Below are positions 27,747 to 36,941 of a stretch of 45,111 nt of DNA, in pieces (position 1 is the stretch's first letter; every line of letters starts with the position of its first letter). The position numbers and the translations under genes were made by a program. Where the stretch lies: the NCBI GenBank assembly GCA_964449915.1, contig CAYVCE010000090.1, positions 1-45,111 on the forward strand, read 5' to 3'. The notes under the pieces are model-generated. The model was not told the DNA's origin. It saw only the letters and a list, made by a program, of their open reading frames with translations, and did no database searches. This DNA is from an uncultured Steroidobacteraceae bacterium (GTDB taxonomy: Bacteria > Chloroflexota > Limnocylindria > QHBO01).

Positions 27747-28000
27747 CGAGCGGCGACGTGAAGCCCGGGCTCCTGCGCGACCGTGACCACGCGATCACTG
27801 ACCGCGCGGAGCCCGTCGGCGGGCCGGCCGCAGCACGCGAGCCACTCGTGAACGGCGTCCATCGACGGCGAGCCGTCGGGCTCCGCTTCGTCGAGTGCGC
27901 CGTTGGCGTCGGCGTGATCGACCCATGTGCCGTCGCGGAAGTAGCCGAGGCCGAAGTCGAGCGCCCCGAACCTGCGGATGATGAGTGTTCGCCGATGCAT
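27743..28000 (-). CDS. hypothetical 85-aa protein, translationally coupled to the GH1 gene
   Basis: Strong RBS GGAGAGAGGAGAGG directly before the ATG at 28000. Balanced amino-acid composition (MHRRTLIIRRFGALDFGLGYFRDGTWVDHAD...). Its stop overlaps the GH1 ATG (ATGA at 27743-27746). I recognise no family. Confidence 0.55.
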   Translation of the reverse strand: MHRRTLIIRRFGALDFGLGYFRDGTWVDHADANGALDEAEPDGSPSMDAVHEWLACCGRPADGLRAVSDRVVTVAQEPGLHVAAR

Positions 28001-28045
28001 GCCTCTCCTCTCTCCACGTCGGAGTCCGTGGTCGGTCGGTATGGC

Positions 28046-29104
28046 TCACGCGCGGGGGGCATCACCTCCCGCGGAAGCGACGCTGGACTCGCGAACGACG
28101 AGCTGCGTGTCGAGGATCACGTGCCGGGGCGGGCCGCCGGGCGAACGGATCTCGTGCATGAGGAGCCGCGTCATCTCTCGGCCCATCTCCTCGATCGGCT
28201 GCCGAACGCTCGAGAGCATCGGCTGGGTGGTGGTCGCCAGCGGCGAATCGTCGAAGCCGACGACGGCAACGTCACGCGGGACGTCGCGACCGGCGGCGCG
28301 CAGCGCGCCGATCGCCCCGACGGCCATGAGGTCGGAGGCCACGAAGACGGCGTCGAGATCAGGCGCGCGGGCGAGGAGCCGCGTCATCGCGGCATGGCCT
28401 CCCTCCAGGGTGAAGTCCGCGCTCTCGACCAGCTCGGCGGCGGTCGCGCGGCCGGCACGCGCAAGGCGCTGGCGGTAGCCGTCGAGCCGATCGGCGCCGG
28501 GGGCCATGTCCTCGGGGCCGGCGATCGTCGCCACGCGCCGCCGACCGCCGTCGAGCAGATGCTGCACAGCGCTGCCGGCGCCGGCGCGATTGTCGACGTC
28601 GACGTACGAGATGCCGGTCCCCGGCGGTCGGCCACCGACGACGACCGGGATTCCGTGGCGGCGGAGCGCGTCGGGCAACGGATCCGATCCGTGGAGGGAG
28701 ATCAGCATCACGCCGTCGCCGTGCCCCGCCGCCAGGTACCGCTCCACGCGCTCCTCGCCCGGCCGGCCCTCGGGCATCAGCAGCACGAGCTGCATCGACT
28801 CGCGGGCCAGCGCATCGCTGATGCCGCGCAGGATGCGCGGGAAGAATGGATCCCCGAAGACCCGCGTGGTCGGCTCCGGGATGACGACCGCCACCGAGTC
28901 GCTGCGCCGCGTGACGAGGCTGCGCGCGGCCTGGTTCGGCACATAGCCGAGCTCGCGCACCGCGGCCTCGACCGCGGCACGTGAGAGCCGGCCGACGCGC
29001 TGGTCACCGTTCACGACCCGGGACGCCGTGGCGCGCGACACCCGGGCGACGCTCGCGACCTGCTCGAGGGTGACGCCCTGGCCGCCTCGCAACTCGGCTC
29101 TCAT
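28046..29104 (-). CDS. LacI-family transcriptional regulator
   Basis: N-terminal HTH VTLEQVASVARVSRATASRVVNG and a periplasmic-binding-protein-like sugar-binding core. Confidence 0.9.
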   Translation of the reverse strand: MRAELRGGQGVTLEQVASVARVSRATASRVVNGDQRVGRLSRAAVEAAVRELGYVPNQAARSLVTRRSDSVAVVIPEPTTRVFGDPFFPRILRGISDALARESMQLVLLMPEGRPGEERVERYLAAGHGDGVMLISLHGSDPLPDALRRHGIPVVVGGRPPGTGISYVDVDNRAGAGSAVQHLLDGGRRRVATIAGPEDMAPGADRLDGYRQRLARAGRATAAELVESADFTLEGGHAAMTRLLARAPDLDAVFVASDLMAVGAIGALRAAGRDVPRDVAVVGFDDSPLATTTQPMLSSVRQPIEEMGREMTRLLMHEIRSPGGPPRHVILDTQLVVRESSVASAGGDAPRA

Positions 29105-29108
29105 CGTC

Positions 29109-29124
29109 GTGAGAGCGCTCTCAC
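29109..29124. promoter_or_regulatory. LacI-family operator, perfect 16-bp palindrome (CebR/CelR-like)
   Basis: GTGAGAGCGCTCTCAC, starting 5 nt upstream of the regulator start codon. It resembles the TGGGAGCGCTCCCA box of cellobiose/cellulase regulators. Confidence 0.6.
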
Positions 29125-29156
29125 GCTCATCGACCCATCCTACTCGCCGATGTCAA

Positions 29157-29168
29157 GAGAGCGCTCTC
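29157..29168. promoter_or_regulatory. second operator-like palindrome
   Basis: GAGAGCGCTCTC, with the same core as 29109-29124. It lies about 95 nt upstream of the ABC ATPase ATG. Confidence 0.45.
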
Positions 29169-29263
29169 AGCATCGCATCCTCGTGCAGGTGCCCCACGGC
29201 TGGGCCCGGTGCTAGCATTCGGCTCCCGCCAGCTCACGCCCGTAGCTCACGTGCTGCCTCTTC

Positions 29264-30295
29264 ATGCCTGACGAACCCGCCATCCACGCCCGCGCGGTCA
29301 CGCGCGAGTACAAGGCCAAGCCGGACCCCGTGATCGCCCTGGGCGGCGTCGACCTCGACGTTCAGCCGGGCGAGTACTTCGGCCTGCTCGGGCCGAACGG
29401 GGCTGGCAAGACGACGCTCATCAAGATCCTGACGACGCTCCTGCTGCCGACCAGCGGGGAGGCGCGCGTGGCCGGGTTCGACGTGGTGACCGAGACGGCC
29501 AAGATCCGCCGGGTCATCAACATGGTCTCCGGCGGCGAGCAGTCCGGGTACGGCCTGCTGACGACCCGCGAGCAGCTGTGGATGTTCAGCCAGTTCTACG
29601 GCCTGTCGAACCGTGACGGCTGGCGGCGGGTCGACGAGCTCATCGAGATCACCGGCCTGACCGAGCAACGCGACCAGAAGGTCCGCACCCTGTCCACCGG
29701 TCAGCGCCAGAAGCTCAACTTCGCGCGCGGCCTGCTCAACGACCCATGGGTGCTCTTCCTCGACGAGCCGACGCTCGGCCTCGACGTTGCCGCCGCCCGC
29801 GACCTTCGCGAGCACACGCTGGCCTGGCGTGCGGCCGCTCCCGCGCGCACGGTCCTGATCACGACGCACTACATGGTCGAGGCCGAACAGTTGTGCGACC
29901 GGATCGCGATCGTCGACCGCGGCAAGATCCTCGCGCTCGGGACGCCCGACGAGCTGCGCCGGCGGGTCCAGGCCGAGTCGATCTTCCGCATCGAGCTCGA
30001 CCGGCTGCCGCAGAACGGCGGCATCGCGGCGATCAGCGACCTGCCCGGCGTCCTGTCCGCGGTGCGCGCCGACGATGACGCGGCCGATGCGGCGGGATCC
30101 GACCGCGTCGCGCTGAAGGTCGCGCTGGCCGACGACTCGGCGCTGACGAGCGTCGTCACCGCCGTCGCCGAGCGCGGCTCGCAGCTCGTGGGGCTCGCCA
30201 AGTCGGAGCCGAGCCTGGAGGACGTCTTCGTCGAGCTCGTCGGACGGGGCTTCGGCGACGAGGACGGCGCGCGCCCGAAGGAGGGCGGCTCGTGA
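29264..30295 (+). CDS. ABC transporter ATP-binding protein (ABC-2/DrrA-like)
   Basis: GLLGPNGAGKTT (Walker A), LSTGQRQKL (signature) and VLFLDEPTLGLD (Walker B), plus a C-terminal extension. Confidence 0.9.
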   Translation: MPDEPAIHARAVTREYKAKPDPVIALGGVDLDVQPGEYFGLLGPNGAGKTTLIKILTTLLLPTSGEARVAGFDVVTETAKIRRVINMVSGGEQSGYGLLTTREQLWMFSQFYGLSNRDGWRRVDELIEITGLTEQRDQKVRTLSTGQRQKLNFARGLLNDPWVLFLDEPTLGLDVAAARDLREHTLAWRAAAPARTVLITTHYMVEAEQLCDRIAIVDRGKILALGTPDELRRRVQAESIFRIELDRLPQNGGIAAISDLPGVLSAVRADDDAADAAGSDRVALKVALADDSALTSVVTAVAERGSQLVGLAKSEPSLEDVFVELVGRGFGDEDGARPKEGGS

Positions 30296-31167
30296 CCACC
30301 TATCGAGCGGCGCCTGCGACGAACGCGCAGGAGGCCGCCGAGTGGTCGACCGGCCGCGTGATCCGCACCAACCTGCGGGCCATCGTCGGGCGCGCGTACC
30401 CGCGCGTCATCGGTCTCACGCGCGAGCCGTCGTGGGTCTTCTTCGAGATCCTGCTGCCGTTCCTGGCGGTCAGCGCCTTCGTGTTCGTCTACCGCGCGCT
30501 CGATGCGCCCGAGGAGTACATCGGCTTTGTCGTCGTCGGCGGAGCGGTGACCGCCTTCTGGCTCAACGTGGTGTGGATGATGGCCGCCCAGTTCTACTGG
30601 GAGAAGGACCAGGGCAACCTGGAGCTCTACTTCACCGCGCCGATGCACCTCATGAGCATCCTGGCCGGCATGGCCATCGGCGGGCTGGTCCTGACGAGCT
30701 CACGCGCGCTGGCGGTGATCGGAATCGGCTCGGTGCTGTACGGCGTTACCTACGACATCGAGCAGCCGTTCCTGCTGGCCGGCGTCTTCCTGCTCACCAT
30801 GGTGCCGCTCTACGGCATGGGGATGCTCTTCGCGTCGCTCTTCCTGCTGTGGGGCCGCGAGGCCCATCACCTGGCCGAGCTCCTCCAGGAGCCGATTTAC
30901 TTCCTGGGCGGCGTCAACTTCCCGCTGCGCGCCATCGGCGCGGTCGCCGGGGTCGTGATCGCGACACTCCCGCTCGGGGTGGGGCTCGACGCCATGCGCC
31001 AGCTCGCCTTCGCCGGCAGCGGGGTCGAGGGCGTCCTGCCCGTCGGCACCGAGGTCGGCATCCTCGTCGCGATGGGGGTCGTCTTCATCGTCGGGGCGAG
31101 GTTGGCGCTCAGCTATCTCGAGCACCTCGCGCGGCGCGAGGGACGCCTGACGCTGCGATGGCAATGA
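30292..31167 (+). CDS. ABC-2-type transporter permease
   Basis: The GTG overlaps the ATPase stop (GTGA). Six hydrophobic segments, with ABC-2-like layout. Confidence 0.8.
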   Translation: MTTYRAAPATNAQEAAEWSTGRVIRTNLRAIVGRAYPRVIGLTREPSWVFFEILLPFLAVSAFVFVYRALDAPEEYIGFVVVGGAVTAFWLNVVWMMAAQFYWEKDQGNLELYFTAPMHLMSILAGMAIGGLVLTSSRALAVIGIGSVLYGVTYDIEQPFLLAGVFLLTMVPLYGMGMLFASLFLLWGREAHHLAELLQEPIYFLGGVNFPLRAIGAVAGVVIATLPLGVGLDAMRQLAFAGSGVEGVLPVGTEVGILVAMGVVFIVGARLALSYLEHLARREGRLTLRWQ

Positions 31168-32030
31168 CCGACCGCGCGGACATGGTGCGCGGCATCACCC
31201 TCGCCGACGCCTGGCGCAGCTTCCGGACCGCGATCGGGCTCGGCTGGGCGATCGAATCGAACTGGTCCGATCCGTTCCTGTTCGCCGTCTACACCATGGC
31301 GAAGCCGCTCGCCGCGGCCGGCATCCTGGTCGTCATGTTCCAGGTCATCACCCAGGGACAGAACACCGAGTTCCTCCAGTTCCTCATCGTCGGCAGCGCG
31401 CTCTGGAACGTCGTGTTCGGGGTCATGGCCGGCCTGGTGCAGTCGATCCTCGAGGACCGAGAGCGCTACCGGATGCTCAAGTACGTCGTCGTCACGCCGG
31501 CCTCGCTCTTCCCCTTCCTCCTCGGCCGATCGCTGGCGCGCGTGGTCGTCTCCTTCGTGGCCGTGGCGCTGACCCTGCTCGTGGGCGTCGTCTTCCTCGG
31601 CGTCGAGCTGGATCCGAACTTCCTCATCCTGGTGCCGGCCACCGTCATCGGCGTTCTGGCCGTCATCGGGCTCGGCATCTTCATGGCAGGCTGGTGCCTT
31701 CAGCTGCGACAGGAGGCGTGGCACTACCCGGAGGCGATCGCCGGCGCGCTCTACCTCGTCTCGGGCGCCATCTTCCCGATCGACGTGCTGCCGGCATTCC
31801 TGCACCCGATCGCCTATGCGACGCCGACCACCTGGTGGCTGGAAGCGTCGCGACGCGGCCTGCTGGGACACGGCTCGCCCGGCATGCTCGGCGGGATTCC
31901 CGACGGGACGGTGCTGCTGCTCCTGGTGGTGACGACAGCCATCTCGCTCCCGCTCTCGCTCGTCGCCTTCCGCTGGTTCATGCGCCGCGCGCGCCAGGCC
32001 GGCATCCTGGACATGGTGACGGGGAGCTAG
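31158..32030 (+). CDS. ABC-2-type transporter permease (second, distinct)
   Basis: Internal ATG of ORF 30342..32030: MAMTDRADMVRGITLADAWRSFRTAIGLGWAIESNWSDPFLF..., followed by multiple TM segments. Overlaps the previous stop; an alternative ATG lies at 31164. Confidence 0.8.
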   Translation: MAMTDRADMVRGITLADAWRSFRTAIGLGWAIESNWSDPFLFAVYTMAKPLAAAGILVVMFQVITQGQNTEFLQFLIVGSALWNVVFGVMAGLVQSILEDRERYRMLKYVVVTPASLFPFLLGRSLARVVVSFVAVALTLLVGVVFLGVELDPNFLILVPATVIGVLAVIGLGIFMAGWCLQLRQEAWHYPEAIAGALYLVSGAIFPIDVLPAFLHPIAYATPTTWWLEASRRGLLGHGSPGMLGGIPDGTVLLLLVVTTAISLPLSLVAFRWFMRRARQAGILDMVTGS

Positions 32031-32054
32031 CCGGACGCCATTGCCGTCTCGGCA

Positions 32055-32318
32055 GAACCACGTCGCTTGACCCGCCCCACGGGTCAAGCGACCACGGAGC
32101 CTGAGCCCAGGCGCAATCGACCCGTATCTACGGGTCAGACGACCAAGGAGCCCCATCGTTTCGGGAGCTCCGACGTCGGTTGACCCGCCCCACGGGTCAA
32201 ACGCCCACAGAACCCCCGGGATGAGGTGTGATCGACCCGTATCCATCGGTCATCCGAACGCGGAGCCGTGCCGTCGCCGCAGCTCCGACTCCGTTGACCC
32301 GCCGCACGGGTCAAGCCC
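32055..32318. repeat. tandem array of a 113-114-bp unit (about 2.4 copies), carrying five GACCCG-N5/6-CGGGTC hairpins
   Basis: Type-A hairpins TTGACCCG-ccSca-CGGGTCAA at 32067-32087, 32180-32200 and 32294-32314. Type-B hairpin GACCCGTA-tc-TACGGGTC at 32119-32136, with a decayed copy at 32234-32251. Unit boundaries share ...GCTCCGAC(g/t)(t/c)CGgTTGACCC. The array fills the convergent intergenic gap. Confidence 0.85.
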
Positions 32319-32319
32319 G

Positions 32320-32838
32320 CTAGCGGACGTACTCCTCGTAGTCCTTGACGACGAGCGTGTTCAGGCACCGCTCGACCCGCTCCGGGACGCAGCCCGCCGC
32401 GGCGGGGTCATCGAAGTGGCCGACGAACACGAGCTGCTGGCCGCGCAGGTTCGGCCCCGTCGGCTCTGCCCGCGACGGAAAGGCCCGGCCCTCGGGCGCC
32501 GCGATACGAAGGCCGTCGCGCAGCAGCTCCTCCTGCGTGACGTCCGCCGCGGGCTGTGACGGCAGCAGCACCCGCAACGGGCAGTCGCGCTGGAGCCATG
32601 ACACCGATGCGTCGGCGCCGCCGGTGTCTCCCTCGCAGTCCGCGTCCAGCTCGGCATACCAGCCGGTGACGTGGAGCTCGTCGCTGCCCCACCGGCCCGG
32701 GGAAGCCAGCACTTCCTCGACGGTCAGCGGATCCACCTCCGGCCGCGTGCCGCCCAGCGAGCCGACGACGAGGAGGAAGAAGACGAGCGCCCCGAGCGCC
32801 GCCACGGCGAGCACGCCCAGCCGGACCTCGCGCGTCAC
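32320..32838 (-). CDS. hypothetical membrane-anchored, Cys-containing protein (172 aa)
   Basis: The GTG at 32838 overlaps the upstream stop (GTGA). TM helix LGVLAVAALGALVFFLLVVGSL, then a balanced extracytoplasmic domain with four Cys residues. The rest of ORF 32320..33453 is shadow. Confidence 0.65.
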   Translation of the reverse strand: MTREVRLGVLAVAALGALVFFLLVVGSLGGTRPEVDPLTVEEVLASPGRWGSDELHVTGWYAELDADCEGDTGGADASVSWLQRDCPLRVLLPSQPAADVTQEELLRDGLRIAAPEGRAFPSRAEPTGPNLRGQQLVFVGHFDDPAAAGCVPERVERCLNTLVVKDYEEYVR

Positions 32839-33503
32839 GCGTGGAGCTCCGACCACCGGTCGCGCAGGAGCGCGACGCCGGCCCGCCACAGCTCCACCCT
32901 GGCCGGGTCGTTGAGCCAGGTCGACGCTCCCGACGGGTGCGGCAGGCACAGGGCCGATGCGCCCGGGGCGGCCTGCCAGGCAAGCTCGCGGCCGACCAGG
33001 TCGTCGAGCCTGGCCGCCGGGCCGAACGCGAACCGGTGTGCCAGCCCGCCGACCAGCAGCACCAGGCGCGGTCGGACGAGCCGCAGCTCCGCGCCGAGGT
33101 AAGGCGTCCAGCGCTCGATCTCGGTCCGCGACGGCGGGCGGTCGACCGAGGATCCTGGTGCTCGCCCCGGGTAGCACTTGCCGATGCTGGTCACGTACCA
33201 GCGCTGGCGGAAGTCGTCGACGCCGATGCCCGCCGCCGCCAGCCACCCGCACAGCCGCTTCCCGGCGTCCCAGGCGAAGGGCAGCCCCGTCTCGATCTCG
33301 CGCCACCCCGGCGCCTGCCCAATGAGCATCGCGCGCTCGGTGCCGTCGCCGGAGAGCACCGGTACGGCGTCGTCGTCGCACGACGGCATGGCGTCCTGGA
33401 GCGCCCGCAGCTCGGTGCCGGCCGCGGCACGTCGCGGCGCGGGGGTCGGCCACTCCCCGGCATGCCGCAGCCGCTTCGGGGACGCGGTGGCGAGGTCGAT
33501 CAC
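32835..33503 (-). CDS. uracil-DNA glycosylase superfamily protein
   Basis: Motif A-like MLIGQAPG and motif B-like LPHPSGAS. I see no Fe-S Cys cluster pattern. GTG start overlaps the upstream stop (GTGA). Confidence 0.78.
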   Translation of the reverse strand: MIDLATASPKRLRHAGEWPTPAPRRAAAGTELRALQDAMPSCDDDAVPVLSGDGTERAMLIGQAPGWREIETGLPFAWDAGKRLCGWLAAAGIGVDDFRQRWYVTSIGKCYPGRAPGSSVDRPPSRTEIERWTPYLGAELRLVRPRLVLLVGGLAHRFAFGPAARLDDLVGRELAWQAAPGASALCLPHPSGASTWLNDPARVELWRAGVALLRDRWSELHA

Positions 33504-34111
33504 GCCGGCGGGCGGAGCGCCTCGGCCGCCCGCAGGTCGTCGGCGATTGCCACGCGCAGGATGCGCCGCACGCCGTCGTGGGACGGGCCGGCCGCCTCGA
33601 GCGCGTCGGTCAGCGCGTCACGGGCCGCGTAGAGGCGGTCGATCGGGTCGGGCGACATGCCGGGCGCACCGCCGCCCAGGTCGCGCACGAAGGCGACATC
33701 CTGGCGCTCGATCGCGTCGAGGAGGTCGGCCGACGAAGATGCATCGCTCTCGTCGATCGCAGCCGCCAGCTCCTCCCGCGCCAGCTCGAGCCAGCGGAGC
33801 CATGTCGCGAACTCGGCGTCGGAAGACGGCAGCTCGTCGAGCGTGAACGCCGCACGACGCCGTCCGCCATCGGTCGCGGCGGCGCGTTCGACCTCGTACC
33901 AGTTGTCGCCCACGAAATCGGGCTGGGCCTCGCTGCCGGCCCGCAGCCATGCGGTGAAGCGGCTCACGCGGCGCGGCATCGCGGCGGCGGCCTTGTCGTC
34001 GGTGGCGGCGAACACGGCGCAGCCGGGCAGCTCGGCCGCGTAGGCCCCCACCAACCCCCGGCCATCGACGTCGGTCTCGATGAAGATGGCATGCGGCATG
34101 GTGCCCGCCAT
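33500..34111 (-). CDS. hypothetical protein; N-terminus resembles a HicB/UPF0150-like fold, with a helical C-terminal domain of unknown function
   Basis: AIFIETDVDGRGLVGAYAAELPGCAVFAATDDKAAAAMPRRVSRFTAWL matches the ...PdLPGC..xGdT.eEA... pattern of HicB-like domains. Its ATG directly abuts the uvrB TAG. Confidence 0.62.
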   Translation of the reverse strand: MAGTMPHAIFIETDVDGRGLVGAYAAELPGCAVFAATDDKAAAAMPRRVSRFTAWLRAGSEAQPDFVGDNWYEVERAAATDGGRRRAAFTLDELPSSDAEFATWLRWLELAREELAAAIDESDASSSADLLDAIERQDVAFVRDLGGGAPGMSPDPIDRLYAARDALTDALEAAGPSHDGVRRILRVAIADDLRAAEALRPPA

Positions 34112-36253
<2,142 letters not shown>

Positions 36254-36262
36254 GGGGAGCCG

Positions 36263-36268
36263 ATTCTA
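36263..36268 (-). promoter_or_regulatory. candidate -10 box (TAGAAT), 9 nt upstream of the uvrB ATG; leaderless-type
   Basis: Minus strand: ggtcgtcTAGAATcggctccccATG. No Shine-Dalgarno sequence. Confidence 0.35.
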
Positions 36269-36428
36269 GACGACCTCCCATCGGTCCCACCCAAATCACC
36301 CCCAACGGCCTATACCGGTACCACGGGTCCTTCCATACGATCGATGTGCTGCCCGTGCCCACGCCCAATGTTGAAGTGAACTGCTGACCACCACGTTGAG
36401 ACTCCCCGTTGCGCCTACCCCTGCCCCG

Positions 36429-36941
36429 ATGCCGGCCACGCCGGCTGTCGGCCCGTATCCGCGGGACCGCGAGCGTGGCCAGGCCCTCGTCGAGTTCGCT
36501 GCCGTTCTCCTCCCGCTCATCCTCGTGCTGGCCGGCATCATCCAGTTCGGATTCCTCTTCGCGGCCTACGTCGGCGTCAGCAACTCCGCGCGCGAGGCGG
36601 CCCGCGCCGGCACGATCTACCAGTACGACGCCAACGAGGGCCAGGGCCAGAACGACCTGCTCCGCTGCCAGGCGATCCTGGAGGCGGCGGAGCAGTCGCT
36701 CGACCTCGGCGTTCCAGGGTGGTTCTCCGGGAACTGCTCGACGGTCACCGGCGGCGGGGACATTGCGATTGCGTATCCCGACTCCGCCACGTGCACGGGC
36801 TCGTCCCGAACGGGCTGCCAGCTCCGCGTGACGCTGACCTTCCGCCAACCGCTCCTGGTTCCGCTGGTCGGAACCTTCTTCAGCTCGGGCGGAGGCAACG
36901 ACATCGACCTGAGGGCCAATGTGACGATGGTGGTCAATTGA
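36429..36941 (+). CDS. TadE-like (Flp-pilus pseudopilin family) protein
   Basis: RDRERGQALVEFAAVLLPLILVLAGIIQFG. This is the TadE N-terminal motif with G then E at +5, a prepilin-peptidase-type site. I use the ATG at 36429; the ORF can start at a TTG at 36396. Confidence 0.75.
   Translation: MPATPAVGPYPRDRERGQALVEFAAVLLPLILVLAGIIQFGFLFAAYVGVSNSAREAARAGTIYQYDANEGQGQNDLLRCQAILEAAEQSLDLGVPGWFSGNCSTVTGGGDIAIAYPDSATCTGSSRTGCQLRVTLTFRQPLLVPLVGTFFSSGGGNDIDLRANVTMVVN

Noticed and set aside
32055-32318. Possible CRISPR array or integron attC sites
   Set aside because: The sequences between the hairpins are themselves repeated (a 113-bp tandem unit), so there are no unique spacers. No cas or integrase genes are in the window. 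The hairpin cores do not fit the attC RYYYAAC/GTTRRRY pattern.
31113-32559. ORFs 31113..32246(-), 32135..32368(-) and 32221..32559(+) crossing the repeat array (repeated RLTRGAGQ peptide)
   Set aside because: The peptide repetition is simply the DNA repeat translated. There is no RBS, the composition is shadow-like, and the ORFs overlap real genes at both ends.
33500-34111. HicAB toxin-antitoxin system
   Set aside because: Only a HicB-like N-terminal fold is suggested. No small HicA-like ORF is adjacent, and the gene is embedded in the uvrB unit, so it is not called as a TA module.
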